A stretch of 64,000 bases of DNA from Squalus acanthias. Taxonomy: Eukaryota. This document shows, one piece after another, positions 22,001-33,911 of the stretch. Made by a program: the position numbers and the translations under genes. Where the stretch lies: assembly GCA_030390025.1 (NCBI GenBank), contig JASTWF010000336.1, positions 248,001 to 312,000 of the forward strand, in the 5' to 3' direction. The notes beneath the pieces were generated by a model, which saw only the letters and a program-made list of their open reading frames with translations, was not told the origin of the DNA and did not search any database. Numbering within the stretch: position 1 is the stretch's first letter; each line of letters opens with the position of its first letter.

Positions 22001-22980
22001 ACGACTTGACCGAGACGGGACTCCAGGTCGAGCACTTCTTTCTCCAATCGCCCGACCCGGGCCTCCCGCCTCTTGGTCGACCCCTTCGCGTACTCCTGAC
22101 AGAAGACGCGGACGTGAGCCTTGCCCACGTCCCACCATAGCCTCAAGGAGGGGAAGCCTCCCCGCTTCCTTCTCCAGTCGGCCCAGAACCGGCGAAACGA
22201 ATCCCGGAACCGCGCGTCCTCCAGCAGCAGGTTGTTAAAATGCCAGTACGCGGACCCCCCCCGCGCGCGCAGCGGAGCGAGCTCCGCCCACACCAGGTGG
22301 TGGTCCGTGCACGGCACCGGCCGCATGGAAGCCGCCGGAACGCAGGAGACGTACGCCCGGGAAATGTAAAGGCGGTCGATTCTGGACCTTCCTCCTCCAG
22401 ACCTCACGCTCGTGAAGGCGCTGGAGTCGGGATGGAGATTTCGCCAGACGTCCACCAAGTCGAAGGACCCGACCAGGTCCCGCAACTTCTCCATCGCCGC
22501 CGGGCTTCGCGGGGGACCCGACCGGTCCCGCGCCTCGAGGGTACAATTGAAATCCCCCCCGAGGATGACGCACTCGCCCACGTCGATGGAGCCCAGAAGA
22601 GCGGACACTTCTCCGAAGAAGCGCACTTGCTGCGCACCGGTCCGGGGGGCGTACACGTTCACTAAATGGAGCGGCACGCCTCCCAGGCGAACAGTGACCT
22701 GGAGCAAGCGGCCCGGCACGTGCTCCTTGACCCTCAAGATCTCCGGCTGAAAATGCGGGGCCAGCAAGACAGCCACCCCGCAGGAATTGTTGGAGAGGTG
22801 ACTCATGCTGACCCCTCCTTGCCACTCCAGGAGCCACGTGGCCTCGTCTCCCGGAACGGTGTGGGTTTCTTGCAGGAAGCACACCGCATATTTCCCGTCC
22901 CGAAGGACCGAGAAGTTATTGAATCTACGGCGCGCCTCCCTGCTGCCGTTGATGTTGAGGCTGGCTATGGTTATCTTCAT
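19081..22980 (-). CDS. Tx1-B2 ORF2, intact (1299 aa)
   Basis: Open reading frame with few differences from B1 ORF2. Confidence 0.93.
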   Translation of the reverse strand: MKITIASLNINGSREARRRFNNFSVLRDGKYAVCFLQETHTVPGDEATWLLEWQGGVSMSHLSNNSCGVAVLLAPHFQPEILRVKEHVPGRLLQVTVRLGGVPLHLVNVYAPRTGAQQVRFFGEVSALLGSIDVGECVILGGDFNCTLEARDRSGPPRSPAAMEKLRDLVGSFDLVDVWRNLHPDSSAFTSVRSGGGRSRIDRLYISRAYVSCVPAASMRPVPCTDHHLVWAELAPLRARGGSAYWHFNNLLLEDARFRDSFRRFWADWRRKRGGFPSLRLWWDVGKAHVRVFCQEYAKGSTKRREARVGRLEKEVLDLESRLGQVVEDPALRKVYEEKKGALKDLQLVGSRGAYVRSRIQFLRDLDRGSPFFYSLEKRRGVRKQLLGLLADDGSLVSDPEGISAEARAYYGALFSSDPSSEDARRVLWEDLPKVGPEGAENLEAPLSLAELTGALRQLSRGKSPGLDGLTVEFHRAFWDVLGDDYARVLGESLATGEMPLSWRRAVIVLLPKKGDLRLLKNWRPVSLLSTDYKIFARAMSARLGTVLARMIHPDQSYTVPGRSIHDNIHLVRDLVHHSQRAGLSVAFLSLDQEKAFDRVDHEYLFGTLRAFGFGTHFVARIRLLYAAAECLIKVNGSLTAPLRFGRGVRQGCPMSGQLYAVCVEPFLRLLRKRLTGLALQGPGVEVVLSAYADDVLLAVTDPVDLRRMRECQQIYSDASSAKINWEKCSGLLVGPWQVDSLPEEFGPFAWSTTHLLYLGVYLSPAEDAWPANWQELEAKVTARLGRWTGLLRVLSYRGRALVINQLVAAMLWYRLVTLIPPPAFVAKMQKKLVDFFWDKRKHWVSAAVLSLPLREGGQALVCLRTQAATFRLQTLQRYLYVENPPRWRALATYFFRQLHGLNYDTQLLFVRVGGTRASLRELPVFYQELLWVWNSVASERSSPPSGAAAVLREPLFRNPHLHDRGFGWLAEGRAVPGKVTRVGDLLDGGGAGWMAPEELARRMSWVNVRLAVKAIESLKVALGPVSTRCVEEAQARGAIPSELTPVRTEFLIGARPRILPREPPPHHLSLLGEMPSVPFQSARRRFLYGLLLHTLHFAIFVCRPDTPWRTILPSGGGEGPHWKALYAGVFPCSIGDLARRVLHGAVPCNRILSRFTDSQAACHFCGLEESVYHIYVECERLQPLFHYLKGLLLNFWLHFSPTLLIYGHPVRRGEGRSEDLLVGLLLGLAKKAINWSRQRAVEGVVRPDCLPLFRGHVRARVALEMEHAVSAGTLEFFRDRWAPRGLECIVTPDFQILI

Positions 22981-23005
22981 CTCAGAAGCATAGTGCAACC
23001 TCTAC

Positions 23006-25162
23006 CTAACGGAGGGGAGGGAGGGCGGTCACTGACGACCGCCACTCCCTCAGCAGCCCAGTGTGGAAACTCTTGAGCCGACGCAGCTCGAGCCGGCCAA
23101 CGTCCTTGTCCGCGCCCATGATTTTAACGGCGGCGCGGACGGACACGACGAGCAGCGCCAGCTCCGACCACTTGTCGAGGGCCAGCCGGATCTTCTTGTG
23201 ACGACCCTGGCTCACGGCCATAAAATCCCGAGTTCCCCTACGGGGATGAGGGGAGAGTCGGTGAAGGGCACGAGGGCGTCCATCGCCTCGTTGCCGATGG
23301 ACTCCAAATCGTCCTCGATGCCCCCCACCGAGTCCCCGTCCTCCTCCGGGAGGTCGTCACCGGCGGCCGACCCGTCCGTCGCACAGGGTGCAGCGAACGG
23401 CTCGGCCGCACCGGCCGGCCCCGCCTCTGTCACGATCCCACCCCCAGGATCGGTGGCAGAGGAGTCCACCCTGGGCTCCTTCAGGGGCGCCGGGCCGGGA
23501 GGCGGCGGCGGCGGTTCGGGGCCCCCCCCCCGCCTCAGGCGCCGGGGCGACCGGAGAAACCGGGGAGCAAATAATCCCAAATTCCTCCAGCACGTCCGGC
23601 GCCAACAACAGAGACGGAGTCAGGGGGCTTTCCGTCTCCCCGCCACCAACCTCCGACCCAGCGGGCTGGGGATTGTTAAAGTCCTCCACCAGGTCGAGCA
23701 GTCCCTGGGAGATATCTGGATTGTAAAAGGCGGGCTCGGCTTCAGCCTCTTTGGCCTCGCCCGCCCCAGTCCCCAGGACGCCCGACCCGGCGAGGAGCAA
23801 CGGTTCAGGTTCTACATTTCCCTCCGCGGGTTGTTCCGCGCCCCCCCCCACGGGCAGGGTCTCTTCCCCATCCCCGGGAGGCACAGGTCGGACAGACTCG
23901 GCTGTCTCACCCTCCCGAGGGACAGACGACCCCTGCCGATCGCGCGCGACGATGACGGTGGTGGGGTGGGGCGCAGCACCCGCGGCGGGCGACTGCCCCC
24001 CTTTTGCGGAGGGACCTTCCTCCTCGCAGTCCTCCTGCTGGGGGCGGAGCTTTCTTTTTAACAAGTTGGGGCCCGGAGAGGGGGAGGCCTCCATGTCTGC
24101 TGGGGCCTCCCTCTCTGCCCCCTTCCGACGACTGGGTTTCTTGGGCCCCTCGGGCCCGAGCCCGGCCGCAGGTCTTGATTTAGCCGCCTCGGCGGTTGCG
24201 GTCACGGTCACGGGCCCGGGCACGAGGACCCCCCCAGTCTCATGCGTCCCGACCAACTCCGCGATATACTCGGGCGTGAGTTCGGTCAATTCCGATGTTT
24301 CCTCCGCGAGGGGATCCGCCCTTAGGTGTTTAGTTTTCCTACGCGCCTTCCTTCCCCCCGGACGCTCTCCCTCCTCCCCGCCGGAGGCCGTGGTGGTGTT
24401 GGCCTCCGATTTCGACCGCGCATCCGTCGCCGTCGACGCGCGGACAGTATCAGGGGGAGGGGGGGCGGCGGCGCCAACCCCGGCCGCGCCAGGTGTCGTG
24501 GCGGCCTTGGAGGCGGGGCAGTTTTTGCGGACGTGCCCCACCTCCTTACAGGCGTAGCACCGCACGCCGTCCGAGGTCCAGAAGACGCGGTGGGCGGTCC
24601 CCCCGTGGAGCACCGTGAACGCGCCGTCCGCGTCCTCCTCTCGCGCCAGCCGGACGAAAAGCTGGCGCCGGAAGGAGAAGACGTGCCGAAGGCTGGCTTC
24701 CCGAAAGCCGAGCGGGATGGGTGTGATCCCCGACCTCACCTCCCCCAGTTGACGTAGGTGGGGGAGGAGGAGCTCACCCGGAACAAAGGGCGGGACGTTG
24801 GAAACCACAATCCTTTGCGCGGTGGCCTCAAGGGGGTCCACCGGCAGGAAGGTCCCGCCCACGGTGAGCCCCTTCTCGATGGCCAGGGACACCGCCCGCT
24901 CCGACCCCAGGAAGAACACAGCCTTGCCGTACATTTTAGAGGCGGCGACGATGGCTGAAGGGCCGACAACCCCAGCCATGGCTTTTACACACGCCTCTAT
25001 AGTCATGTTGGGGTGAGTGTAGCTCTTGACCCCATTCTTCCTCGTAAGGAGGGTAAAAGGTGACGGGGTAACAGGAGGACTCGTGGCTGCGGCCGTGGCC
25101 GCGGCTGCCACGCTCGCGTACGTCCTCGCTGCCCCCGCCACCGGCGAAGATGTGGTCGCCAT
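23006..25162 (-). pseudogene. Tx1-B2 ORF1, frameshifted
   Basis: Same G10 run (23522-23531), plus a 1-bp deletion near 23230 relative to B1. Confidence 0.8.
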
Positions 25163-26757
25163 AATGGAGGGTTCTTTAAGGGCTACACTCACCCCAAGTC
25201 ACAGGCCTGAAGGTGTTAATGGCCTTGGTTTTTTTTGTTTTAGTTTTCCCCTGAGCAGAGGGAGCTCTTAAATTGAAGGCACACCTCTCCCTTTAGTTGA
25301 TTGAATTGGGAGAGGGGCCTTCTCCCCTCTGCTCAATGGGTACTTAATTAAAAATAGATGAGGTGCCTCTTAGAGAGAGAGGCAGAGAGAGACAAGAGAC
25401 AAAGAGAGAGAGAGAGGGGGTGGAAGGAGGGAAGCCGCAAGGGCAGGGTCGCCACTCAGGATGGTGGGTGGGTGGGTGTTGGCAGGGGGGTGCACTCTCC
25501 GATGTAATACAAGTCTTTGGTGGTGGTCTTCTGGTGGGGGGAGAAGATGTCTTCACCTGGGATAGCTGGAGATGCCCAGGCTCAGTCCTGCACCAGGTCT
25601 TAACGATGCCCAATAATATTAAGTTAATTGGGGACTTCACCTAGGCAGCTCCAGCTGTCCCAGGTCAGGCAATAGAAAGGGGGTGTTTAATATGGTGTGT
25701 GCGGCCTAGCTTTTACAAAAGCCACACACACACACCCCGAGTGCGGTCCCAGGCGAGGACAGACGGAGGCAGAGGCTGAGGCTGCGAGGGACTCAGCTCA
25801 ACTTGGTGCTGCGTGAACGGGTGAGCGCCGTTTGCTGAGAAGAGGAGGGGAAAGGAGAGGTCTCTTTTCTCTGTGCCTAGAAGGAGAAGGAGCCACGAAG
25901 GACAGAGTGGAGACCTTTCCACCTCCACCACGCCTGCAGCTACAGCTACAACCACGACTGCTGCTGAGGTGAGAGAGGAGAGGAGAGGAGAGGAGAGAGA
26001 GGAGACCAGCAACAACAGAGGGAAGCCTTTCCATCACTGCCTCCCCAACTGGTCTCCATTTCGAGAGAGGGAGAGAGGGGAGAACAAGACCAACATCTGC
26101 TTGGAAGGAGGGAGAGCGAGCCATCGAGAAGGAAAACAACATCGAGAGGTGGGTGTTAAAAAGGGCACTCTCCAAAAGACTTTGTATTTGAGGTGGGGGG
26201 AGGAAAGAAGAAGGAGAAGACCGGGATAGCAAGGGGAGTGTGTGTGGCTCTTGCTAACAACTCGGCCACACACACCATCAACAAGCACCCCTTGCCTATT
26301 GCTTCACATTTTAGAACATTGTTAAGACCTGGTTGTAGACTGAGCCTGGGCATCTCCAGCTTTATTTTTTCCCAGGTGAAGACATCTTCTCCCCCCACCA
26401 GAAGAACATCAACAAAGACTTTATTTATCATCGAAGAGTGCCCCCCCCCCCAGGAGGCACCCACCCACCCACTATCCTGAGTGGCGAATAGGCCCGTGCG
26501 GCTTTCCTCCTTCCCACCCCCTCTCTCTCTCTCTCTCTCTGCCTCTCTCTAACGAGGCACCTCAAACCTTATTTATTACCCAATTGAGCAGAGGGGAGAA
26601 GGCCACTCCCAATTCCAATCATAAAAGGGAGAGGTGTGCCTTCTTTTTCTCAAAACAACTCCCTCTGCTCGGGGGAAAAGACAAAAAAACCCAAGGCCAC
26701 TTAAACATCACCCGGCCTGTGACTTGGGGTGGGTGTAGCCCTTTATACCACCTCAGT

Positions 26758-28845
26758 ATGGCGAGCACATCTTCGCCGGCGGCGGGGCAAGCAAGGTCGT
26801 ACGCGGGTGTGGCAGCCACGGCCACAGCTGGTCCCGCTGCTTCTGCTGCCCCGTCACCTTTCAGGCTATTGACAAAAAAGCTGGGGGTGAAGAGCTACAC
26901 TCACCCCAACATGACCATAGAGGCTTGCGTCAAAGCCATGGCTGGGGTAGTCGGCCCCTCAGCCATCGTTGCGGCCTCTAAAATGTACGGTAAGGCTGTG
27001 TTCTTCCTGCGGTCGGAGCGGGCGGTGTCCCTGGCCGTCACCGAGGGGCTCACCGTGGGCGGGACCTTCCTGCCGGTGGATCCGCTCGAGGCCACCGAGC
27101 AGCGACTCATACTATCGAATGTCCCGCCCTTTGTTCCGGTTGAGCTCCTCCTCCCCCACCTACGTCAACTGGGGGAGGTGAGGTCGGGGATTAATCCGAT
27201 CCCGCTCGGCTGCAGGGAGGCCAGCCTCCGGCACGTCTTCTCCTTCCGGCGCCAGCTGTTTATCCAGCTGGCGCGGGAGGAAGACACGGAAGGCGCATTT
27301 AGCATAACACACGAGGGGACCGCCTACCGCGTCTTCTGGACGTCGGACGGTGTGCGGTGCCACGCCTGTAAGGAGGTGGGGCACATAAGAAAGAACTGCC
27401 CCGCCTCCAAGGCCGCCAAAGCATCTGAGGCGGCCAAGGCTGGCGCCGCCGCCGCTCCTCCCCCTGTTTCTGTCCGCGCGTCTGCGACACCCGATGCGCG
27501 GTCGACGCCGGAGGTCAACGCCGTCGCGGCCTCCGGCGAAGGGGAGGGGGAGCGTCCGACTGGAAGGAAGGCGCGGAGGAAAAGCAAACACCTTCAGGCG
27601 GGTCCCCTTCACATATATGATGACTTACCCGAGCTTACGCCCCTACACCTTGCGCGGGTGGCGGCGGAGTTCGAGAATGCGAGGGACCTTGTGCCCGGGC
27701 CTGCGGCCGCATCCGCCAAGGCGGCAAAATCGAGACCTGCGGCCGTGACCGGGCCCGGGACCCCCGAGCAGACCGATCGACAGGGGGGAGCGGAGGTGGA
27801 GGCCTCGGTATGCATGGAGGTCTCCCAACCTTCGTGTCCCTCCTCTTCGAAAAGGAGGCGCGACATCCTGGATGAGGGGGAGGACCGCGAGGAACGGGGT
27901 CCCCCCTCGCAAGGGGAGTCGTTGCCCGCCGCGGGTGCTGCGCCCCCCCCCACCGACACCATCACCGACATCCGGCAGGGGCCGCCTGTCCCCCGGGAGG
28001 GCATGACAGATGAGTCTGTCCAGCCTGTGCCTCCCGGGGATGGGGGAGAGGCCCTGCTCATGGGGGGGGCCGCGGAACTACCCGCGGTGGGGAGTTACGC
28101 TGATCCGTTGTTTCTCGCCAGGTCGGGCATCCTGGGGACCGGGGCGGGCGAGGCCGATGAGGCAGAGCCCGCCGTGTACGGTCAGGACCACTCCCAGGCA
28201 CTGCTCGACCTGGTTGAGCAATATAACCAGGGTACCTGGTCCGCTGGGTCGGAGGATGGTGGCGGTGAAGGGGAAGGCCCCCTGACTCCGTCTGCGACGC
28301 TGGCGCCGGGGTTGTTGAGGGAACTGGCACTAATGTGCTCCCCGGTTTCCCTGTGCACCCCGGTGCCGGGGGCGGAGGGGGGCCCCGAGCCGCCGCCGCT
28401 TCCTGACCCGGCGCCTCTGGAGGAGCCCAGGGAGGACTCCTCTGCTGCCGATCCTGGGGGTGGGATCGGGGCAGAGGTAGGGCTGGCCGATGGCGACCCC
28501 CCGGAGGAGGACGGGGACCCGGCGGAGGACACTGAGGATGATATGGAATCCGTCGCCAGTGAGGCGGCGGATGCCCTCGTGCCCTCCTCCGGGTCCCCCC
28601 TCATCCCCGTTGTGGAACTCCGGGACTTTGTGGCCATGGGCCAGGGTCGCCAGGATATAATCCGGCTGGCCATCGATAAATGGTCGGATCTGGCGCTGCT
28701 CGTTTGCTCCGTCCGCGCCGCAGTCAAAACCATGGGCGCGGACGGGGGCGTGGGCCTGGCCGAGCGGCGTCGGATCCAGAATTTCCTCGCTGGGCTTGGA
28801 AGGGAGTGGCGGTCGACTAGCGGCCGCGCTCCCTCCTCCCGTTAG
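26758..28845 (+). CDS. Tx1-A3 ORF1, intact (695 aa from the ATG)
   Basis: Conserved N-terminal domain, CCHC knuckle and long Pro/Ala/Glu-rich tail. Confidence 0.88.
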   Translation: MASTSSPAAGQARSYAGVAATATAGPAASAAPSPFRLLTKKLGVKSYTHPNMTIEACVKAMAGVVGPSAIVAASKMYGKAVFFLRSERAVSLAVTEGLTVGGTFLPVDPLEATEQRLILSNVPPFVPVELLLPHLRQLGEVRSGINPIPLGCREASLRHVFSFRRQLFIQLAREEDTEGAFSITHEGTAYRVFWTSDGVRCHACKEVGHIRKNCPASKAAKASEAAKAGAAAAPPPVSVRASATPDARSTPEVNAVAASGEGEGERPTGRKARRKSKHLQAGPLHIYDDLPELTPLHLARVAAEFENARDLVPGPAAASAKAAKSRPAAVTGPGTPEQTDRQGGAEVEASVCMEVSQPSCPSSSKRRRDILDEGEDREERGPPSQGESLPAAGAAPPPTDTITDIRQGPPVPREGMTDESVQPVPPGDGGEALLMGGAAELPAVGSYADPLFLARSGILGTGAGEADEAEPAVYGQDHSQALLDLVEQYNQGTWSAGSEDGGGEGEGPLTPSATLAPGLLRELALMCSPVSLCTPVPGAEGGPEPPPLPDPAPLEEPREDSSAADPGGGIGAEVGLADGDPPEEDGDPAEDTEDDMESVASEAADALVPSSGSPLIPVVELRDFVAMGQGRQDIIRLAIDKWSDLALLVCSVRAAVKTMGADGGVGLAERRRIQNFLAGLGREWRSTSGRAPSSR

Positions 28846-28876
28846 AGTAAGGTAGAGGTTGCACTATGCTCTTGTC

Positions 28877-31800
28877 ATGAAGATAACCATAGCCAGCCTC
28901 AACATCAACGGCAGCAGAGAGGCACGCCGTAGATTTAATAACTTCTCGTCCCTTCGGGAAGGGAGGCATGCGGTGTGCTTCCTGCAGGAAACTCACACCG
29001 TTCCGGGAGACGAGGCCACGTGGCTCCTGGAGTGGCGAGGAAGGGTCAGCATGAGTCACCTCTCCAACGTTTCCGGTGGGGTGGCTATCTTGCTGGCCCC
29101 GCATTTTCAGCCGGAGATCTTGGGGGTCAAGGAGCATGTGCCGGGCCGCTTGCTCCAGGTCACTGTTCGTCTGGGGGGCGTGCCGCTCCATTTAGTGAAC
29201 GTGTACGCCCCCCAGCCCGGTGCGCAGCAAGTGCGCTTCTTCGATGAAGTGTCCGCTCTTCTGGGCACCGTCGACGTCGGCGAGTGCATCATCCTCGGGG
29301 GGGATTTTAATTGTACCCTCGAGGCGAGGGACCGTTCGGGCCCTCCGCGAAGCCTGACGGCGACGGTGAAGTTGAGGGACCTGGTCGGGTCCTTCGACTT
29401 GGTGGACGTCTGGCGAAATCTCCATCCCGACTCCAGCGCCTTCACTTGGGTGGGGTCTGGAGGAGGAAGGTCCAGAATCGACCGCCTTTATATTTCCCGG
29501 GCGTACGTCTCCTGCGTTCCGGCGGCTTCCATGCGGCCGGTGCCGTGCACGGACCACCACCTGGTGTGGGCGGAGCTCGCTCTGTTGCAGGCGCCGGGGG
29601 GGTCCGCGTACTGGCATTTTAACAACCTGCTGCTGGAGGACGTGCGGTTCCGGGATTCGTTTCGCTGGTTCTGGGCCGACTGGAGAAGGAAGCAGGGGGG
29701 CTTCCCCTCCTTGAGGCTATGGTGGGACGTGGGCAAGGCTCACGTCCGTCTCTTCTGTCAGGAGTACGCGAAGGGGTCGACCAAGAGGCGGGAGGCCCGG
29801 GTCGGGCGATTGGAGAAAGAAGTGCTCGACCTGGAGTCCCGTCTCGGTCAAGTCGTCGAAGACCCGGCCCTGCGGAAGGTGTACGAAGAGAAGAAGGGCG
29901 CGCTGAAGGACCTGCAGCTGGTCGGGTCCCGAGGCGCGTACGTGAGGTCGCGGATCCAGTTCCTGCGGGACCTGGACCGCGGCTCCCCCTTCTTCTACTC
30001 GCTGGAAAAAAGACGAGGGGTCCGTAAGCAGCTCTTGGGGCTGCTGGCCGACGACGGATCTCTGGTCTCGGATCCGGAGGGGATCAGCGCGGGGACCCGG
30101 GCCTATTACGGGGCTCTGTTCTCTCCGGATCCGTCCAGCGAGGATGCGCGCAGAGTTTTGTGGGAGGACCTGCCGAAGGTCGGCCCGGAGGGCGCCGAAG
30201 AATTGGACGCTCCGCTAAGTTTGGCGGAGCTGACCGGCGCCCTGCGCCAGCTCTCGAGGGGAAAGTCCCCGGGGCTGGACGGGCTGACCGTGGAGTTCCA
30301 CAGGGCGTTCTGGGACGTCTTGGGGGGCGACTACGCGCGGGTCCTGGGGGAAAGTCTGGCGACCGGGGAGATGCCCCTCTCTTGGCGCAGGGCGGTTATC
30401 GTCCTGCTGCCCAAGAGGGGTGATCTCCGCCTTTTAAAAAACTGGCGCCCGGTCTCCCTCCTCAGCACGGACTATAAAATTTTTGCCAGGGCCATGTCTG
30501 CCCGCCTCGGCACCGTGCTGGCCCACATGATCCACCCCGACCAGTCCTACACGGTCCCGGGCCGGACAATCCACGACAACATCCATCTGGTCCGGGACCT
30601 GGTCCACCTTTCCCAGAGGACTGGTCTGTCGGTCGCCTTCCTTTCCCTGGATCAGGAGAAGGCGTTCGACAGGGTGGATCACGAGTATCTCTTCGGGACT
30701 CTGCGCGCATTCGGGTTCGGGACGCATTTCGTCGCCCGGATCCGACTTCTGTACGCCGCCGCGGAGTGTCTGATTAAAGTTAACGGGTCTTTGACGGCGC
30801 CCCTTCGCTTCGGGAGGGGGGTGCGTCAGGGATGCCCCATGTCCGGTCAGTTATATGCCGTTTGCGTGGAGCCTTTCCTGCGCCTCTTGCGGAAGAGGTT
30901 GACGGGACTGGCTCTGCAAGGGCCGGGCGTGGAGGTCGTCCTCTCGGCTTACGCCGATGACGTGCTCCTCATGGTCACGGATCCCGTCGACCTGCGGAGG
31001 ATGCGAGAATGCCAGCAGATTTACTCGGACGCATCCTCCGCCAGGATCAACTGGGAGAAATGTTCTGGACTCCTGGTGGGCCAGTGGCGGGTGGACTCCC
31101 TGCCGGAGGAGTTCAGGCCCTTCGCCTGGAGCACAACACACCTCCTCTACTTGGGAGTCTACCTCGGCCCTGCCGAGGACACCTGGCCGGCGAACTGGCA
31201 AGAGCTGGAGGCCAAGGTCACCGCTCGCCTAGGACGCTGGACGGGGTTGCTCCGAGTGTTGTCCTACAGGGGTTGAGCGCTGGTCATAAACCAGCTGGTG
31301 GCCGCCATGTTGTGGTACCGGTTGGTCACTTTGATCCCTCCCCCTGCGTTTGTCGCCAAGATACAGAAGATGCTCATCGACTTCTTCTGGGACAAAAGGA
31401 AGCACTGGGTCTCTGCCGCGGTTCTGTGTCTCCCGCTTAGGGAGGGCGGTCAGGCGCTGGTGTGCCTTCGCACCCAGGCGGCGACTTTCCGTCTTCAGAC
31501 GCTGCAGAGGTACCTTTACGTCGAGAATCCTCCCAGATGGTGTGCGCTGGCGACGTATTTCTTCGGCCAGATGCACGGCCTCAACTACGACACGCAGCTC
31601 CTGTTTGTGGAATTGGGCCACACGCGAGCCTACCTGTGGGAGCTGCCTGTCTTTTACCAGGAACTGCTATGGGTCTGGAACCAGGTCGCCTCCAGGCGGA
31701 GTTCTCCCCCGTCAGGAGTGGCGGCTCTCCTTCGGGAGCCGCTGTTCAGGAATCCGCACCTCCACGTCCGACGGATCGGCTGGCTGGCGGAGGGCAGGGC

Positions 31801-32776
31801 TGTGCCAGGCAAGGTGACCAGAGTCAGGGACCTGCTCGATGGCGGAGGAGCGGGCTGGATGGCGCCAGAGGAGTTGGCGCGGCGCCTCTCCTGGGCAGAC
31901 GTCTGGCGCGCGGCCAAAGCCATCAAGTTGCTGAAAGTGGCACTGGGCCCGGACTCCACTAGGTGTATCGAGGAGGCTCAAGCACGTGGGGCGATCCCGT
32001 CCGAACTGACCTCCGTTCGGACGGAATTCCTCATCGGCGCACGGCCCCGAAACCCCTCTCGGGAACCGGCGCCTCACAACTTGAGCCGTCTCGGGGAAAT
32101 GCCCTCCGTGCCCTTCAGTTCTGCACGGAGGGGTTTCCTGTACGGGCTGCTCCTGCACACTTTCCACTTTGTCATCTTCGCCTGCCGTCCGGACACGCCT
32201 TGGCGTGCCATCTTGCCGTCCGGCGGAGGCGAAGGTCCCCAATGGAGGGCTCTCTATGCGGGAGTACTCCCCTTTTCTATTGGGGACATGGCCTGGAGGG
32301 TGCTGCACGGAGCAGTCCCGTGCAATCGGTTTTTAAGTAGGTTCACGGACTCCCAGGCCGCCTGTCTTTTTTGCGGCCTCGAGGAGTCCGTGTTCCACGT
32401 TTATGTGGAATGTGAGAGGTTGCAGCCCCTCTTTGAATATTTGAAGGGGCTGCTCCTCGCTTTTTGGTTGCACTTCAGTCCCACGCTCCTGATCTACGGT
32501 CACCCGGTGCGGAGGGGAGAGAGCAAGTCGGAGGACCTCCTCGTAGGACTGCTCCTGGGCCTGGCCAAAGTGGCCATTAACAGGTCCAGGCAGCGGGCGG
32601 TCGAGGGGGTCGTTCGGCCCAATTGCCTGCCTCTCTTCCGCGGCTATGTTCGCGCCCGGGTGGCCCTGGAGATGGAGCATGCGGTGTCCGCCGGCACACT
32701 TGAAGCCTACCGAGACCGGTGGGCGCCGCAGGGACTGGAGTGCATCGTTTCCCCGGGAAATGTTATTTTAATTTAA
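28877..32776 (+). pseudogene. Tx1-A3 ORF2 with a premature stop
   Basis: CGA changed to TGA at 31274-31276; the frame is otherwise continuous. Confidence 0.9.
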
Positions 32777-32798
32777 TGCACTCCAAGTTGTCCGCTTC

Positions 32799-33210
32799 GC
32801 AGAAGGCCCAAGGTGGAAGACCCGGAGGAGAGTGGCCTGGGCGGGAGGCCCAGCACGGAGAACCCCAGGCGGGGGGCCCAGGGCGGAGCGGCTGGTCGGC
32901 AGAGGTGGAGTCAGGAGATGCGGTTGCTTCACCCCGGGTGCTCGTGGGGAATGCCGGTGCGGAGGGTCCGGTGCAGAAGGCCCAAGGTGGAAGACCCAGA
33001 GGAGAGTGGCCTGGGCGGGAGGCCCAGCACGGAGAACCCCAGGCGGGGGGCCCAGGGCGGGGCGGCTGGTCGGCAGAGGTGGAGTCGGGAGATGCGGTTG
33101 ATTCACCCCGGCTGCTCGCGGGGAATGCCGGTGCGGAGGGTCCGGTGCAGAAGGCCCAAGGTGGAAGACCCGGAGGAGAGTGGCCTGGGCGGGAGGCCCA
33201 GCACGGAGAA
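32799..33210 (+). repeat. 174-bp tandem repeat in the A3 3' UTR
   Basis: Copy of 2919-3330. Confidence 0.9.
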
Positions 33211-33911
33211 CAATTGAGTGGATGGTCGGGTGGGTGGTGCCAGTGGGACTGGCGCGGAACAGGTTTCTTGGGTTATTGGAGTGGATGTTATATGTGGCAT
33301 TTAGTTGGATTGTGATGGTGCTATGTGTTTGTACACTGTGGTGTTGAAATGAGTTGTTTTATGTGGAGTTAAGTGAGATGTATTATTTTAATATAAAAAA
33401 AAGTGTGGTATTGTTTGGGGGTATTTGTACTGTATTTTGATGGATGAATGTAATGGTTTTACTATGTAATTTGTATTATTGGTTTGAATAAAAGATTCAC
33501 ACACACACACACCCCTTGGATGTTCCGGCCTTCTTCTTTTTCTTCTTTCCTCCCCCCACCTACAAAACAAAGTCTCTGGGAGAGTGCCCCAGAATCACAC
33601 CCACCTGTAGCTGTTGTTCTTTCCTTCCTCCCTCCTTCCAAACAGATGATGTTTGTTGTTGATGTTTTCTCCCCTCTCTCCCTCTCCTGAAATGGAGGCC
33701 AATTGAGGAGGCAGTGTGGAAAGGCCTCTCCTCTGTTGTTAATGGCCTTGGCCTTCCTTTCCTTCTCCTTCTCCTTCTCCTGTCCTGTCCTCTCTCTCCA
33801 GGCACCTCAGTAGTGGTTGTTGGTTGGTGGTGGTCTGCTGTCTGGTCTCCTTCTCCTTTTCCTGCTCACAGAGACCACCACTCTGCTGCTGCTGCTGCTG
33901 CTGCTCCTCAC

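Larger units (their letters stand above)
25739..33497 (+). mobile_element. Tx1-A copy A3, full length, inserted antisense in the B2 5' UTR
   Basis: Flanked by (CA)6CCCC at 25723-25738 and (CA)7CCCC at 33498-33515. The empty site in B1 is (CA)7CCCC at 18543-18560. Confidence 0.96.
19013..33911 (-). mobile_element. Tx1-B copy B2, full length, 5' UTR split by A3
   Basis: Body at 19013-25738 plus distal 5' UTR at 33498-33911. The joined halves reproduce the B1 layout around 18531-18570. Confidence 0.94.

Noticed and set aside
280..33300. Numerous short overlapping and antisense ORFs
   Set aside because: These are shadow frames of GC-rich Tx1 coding sequence.
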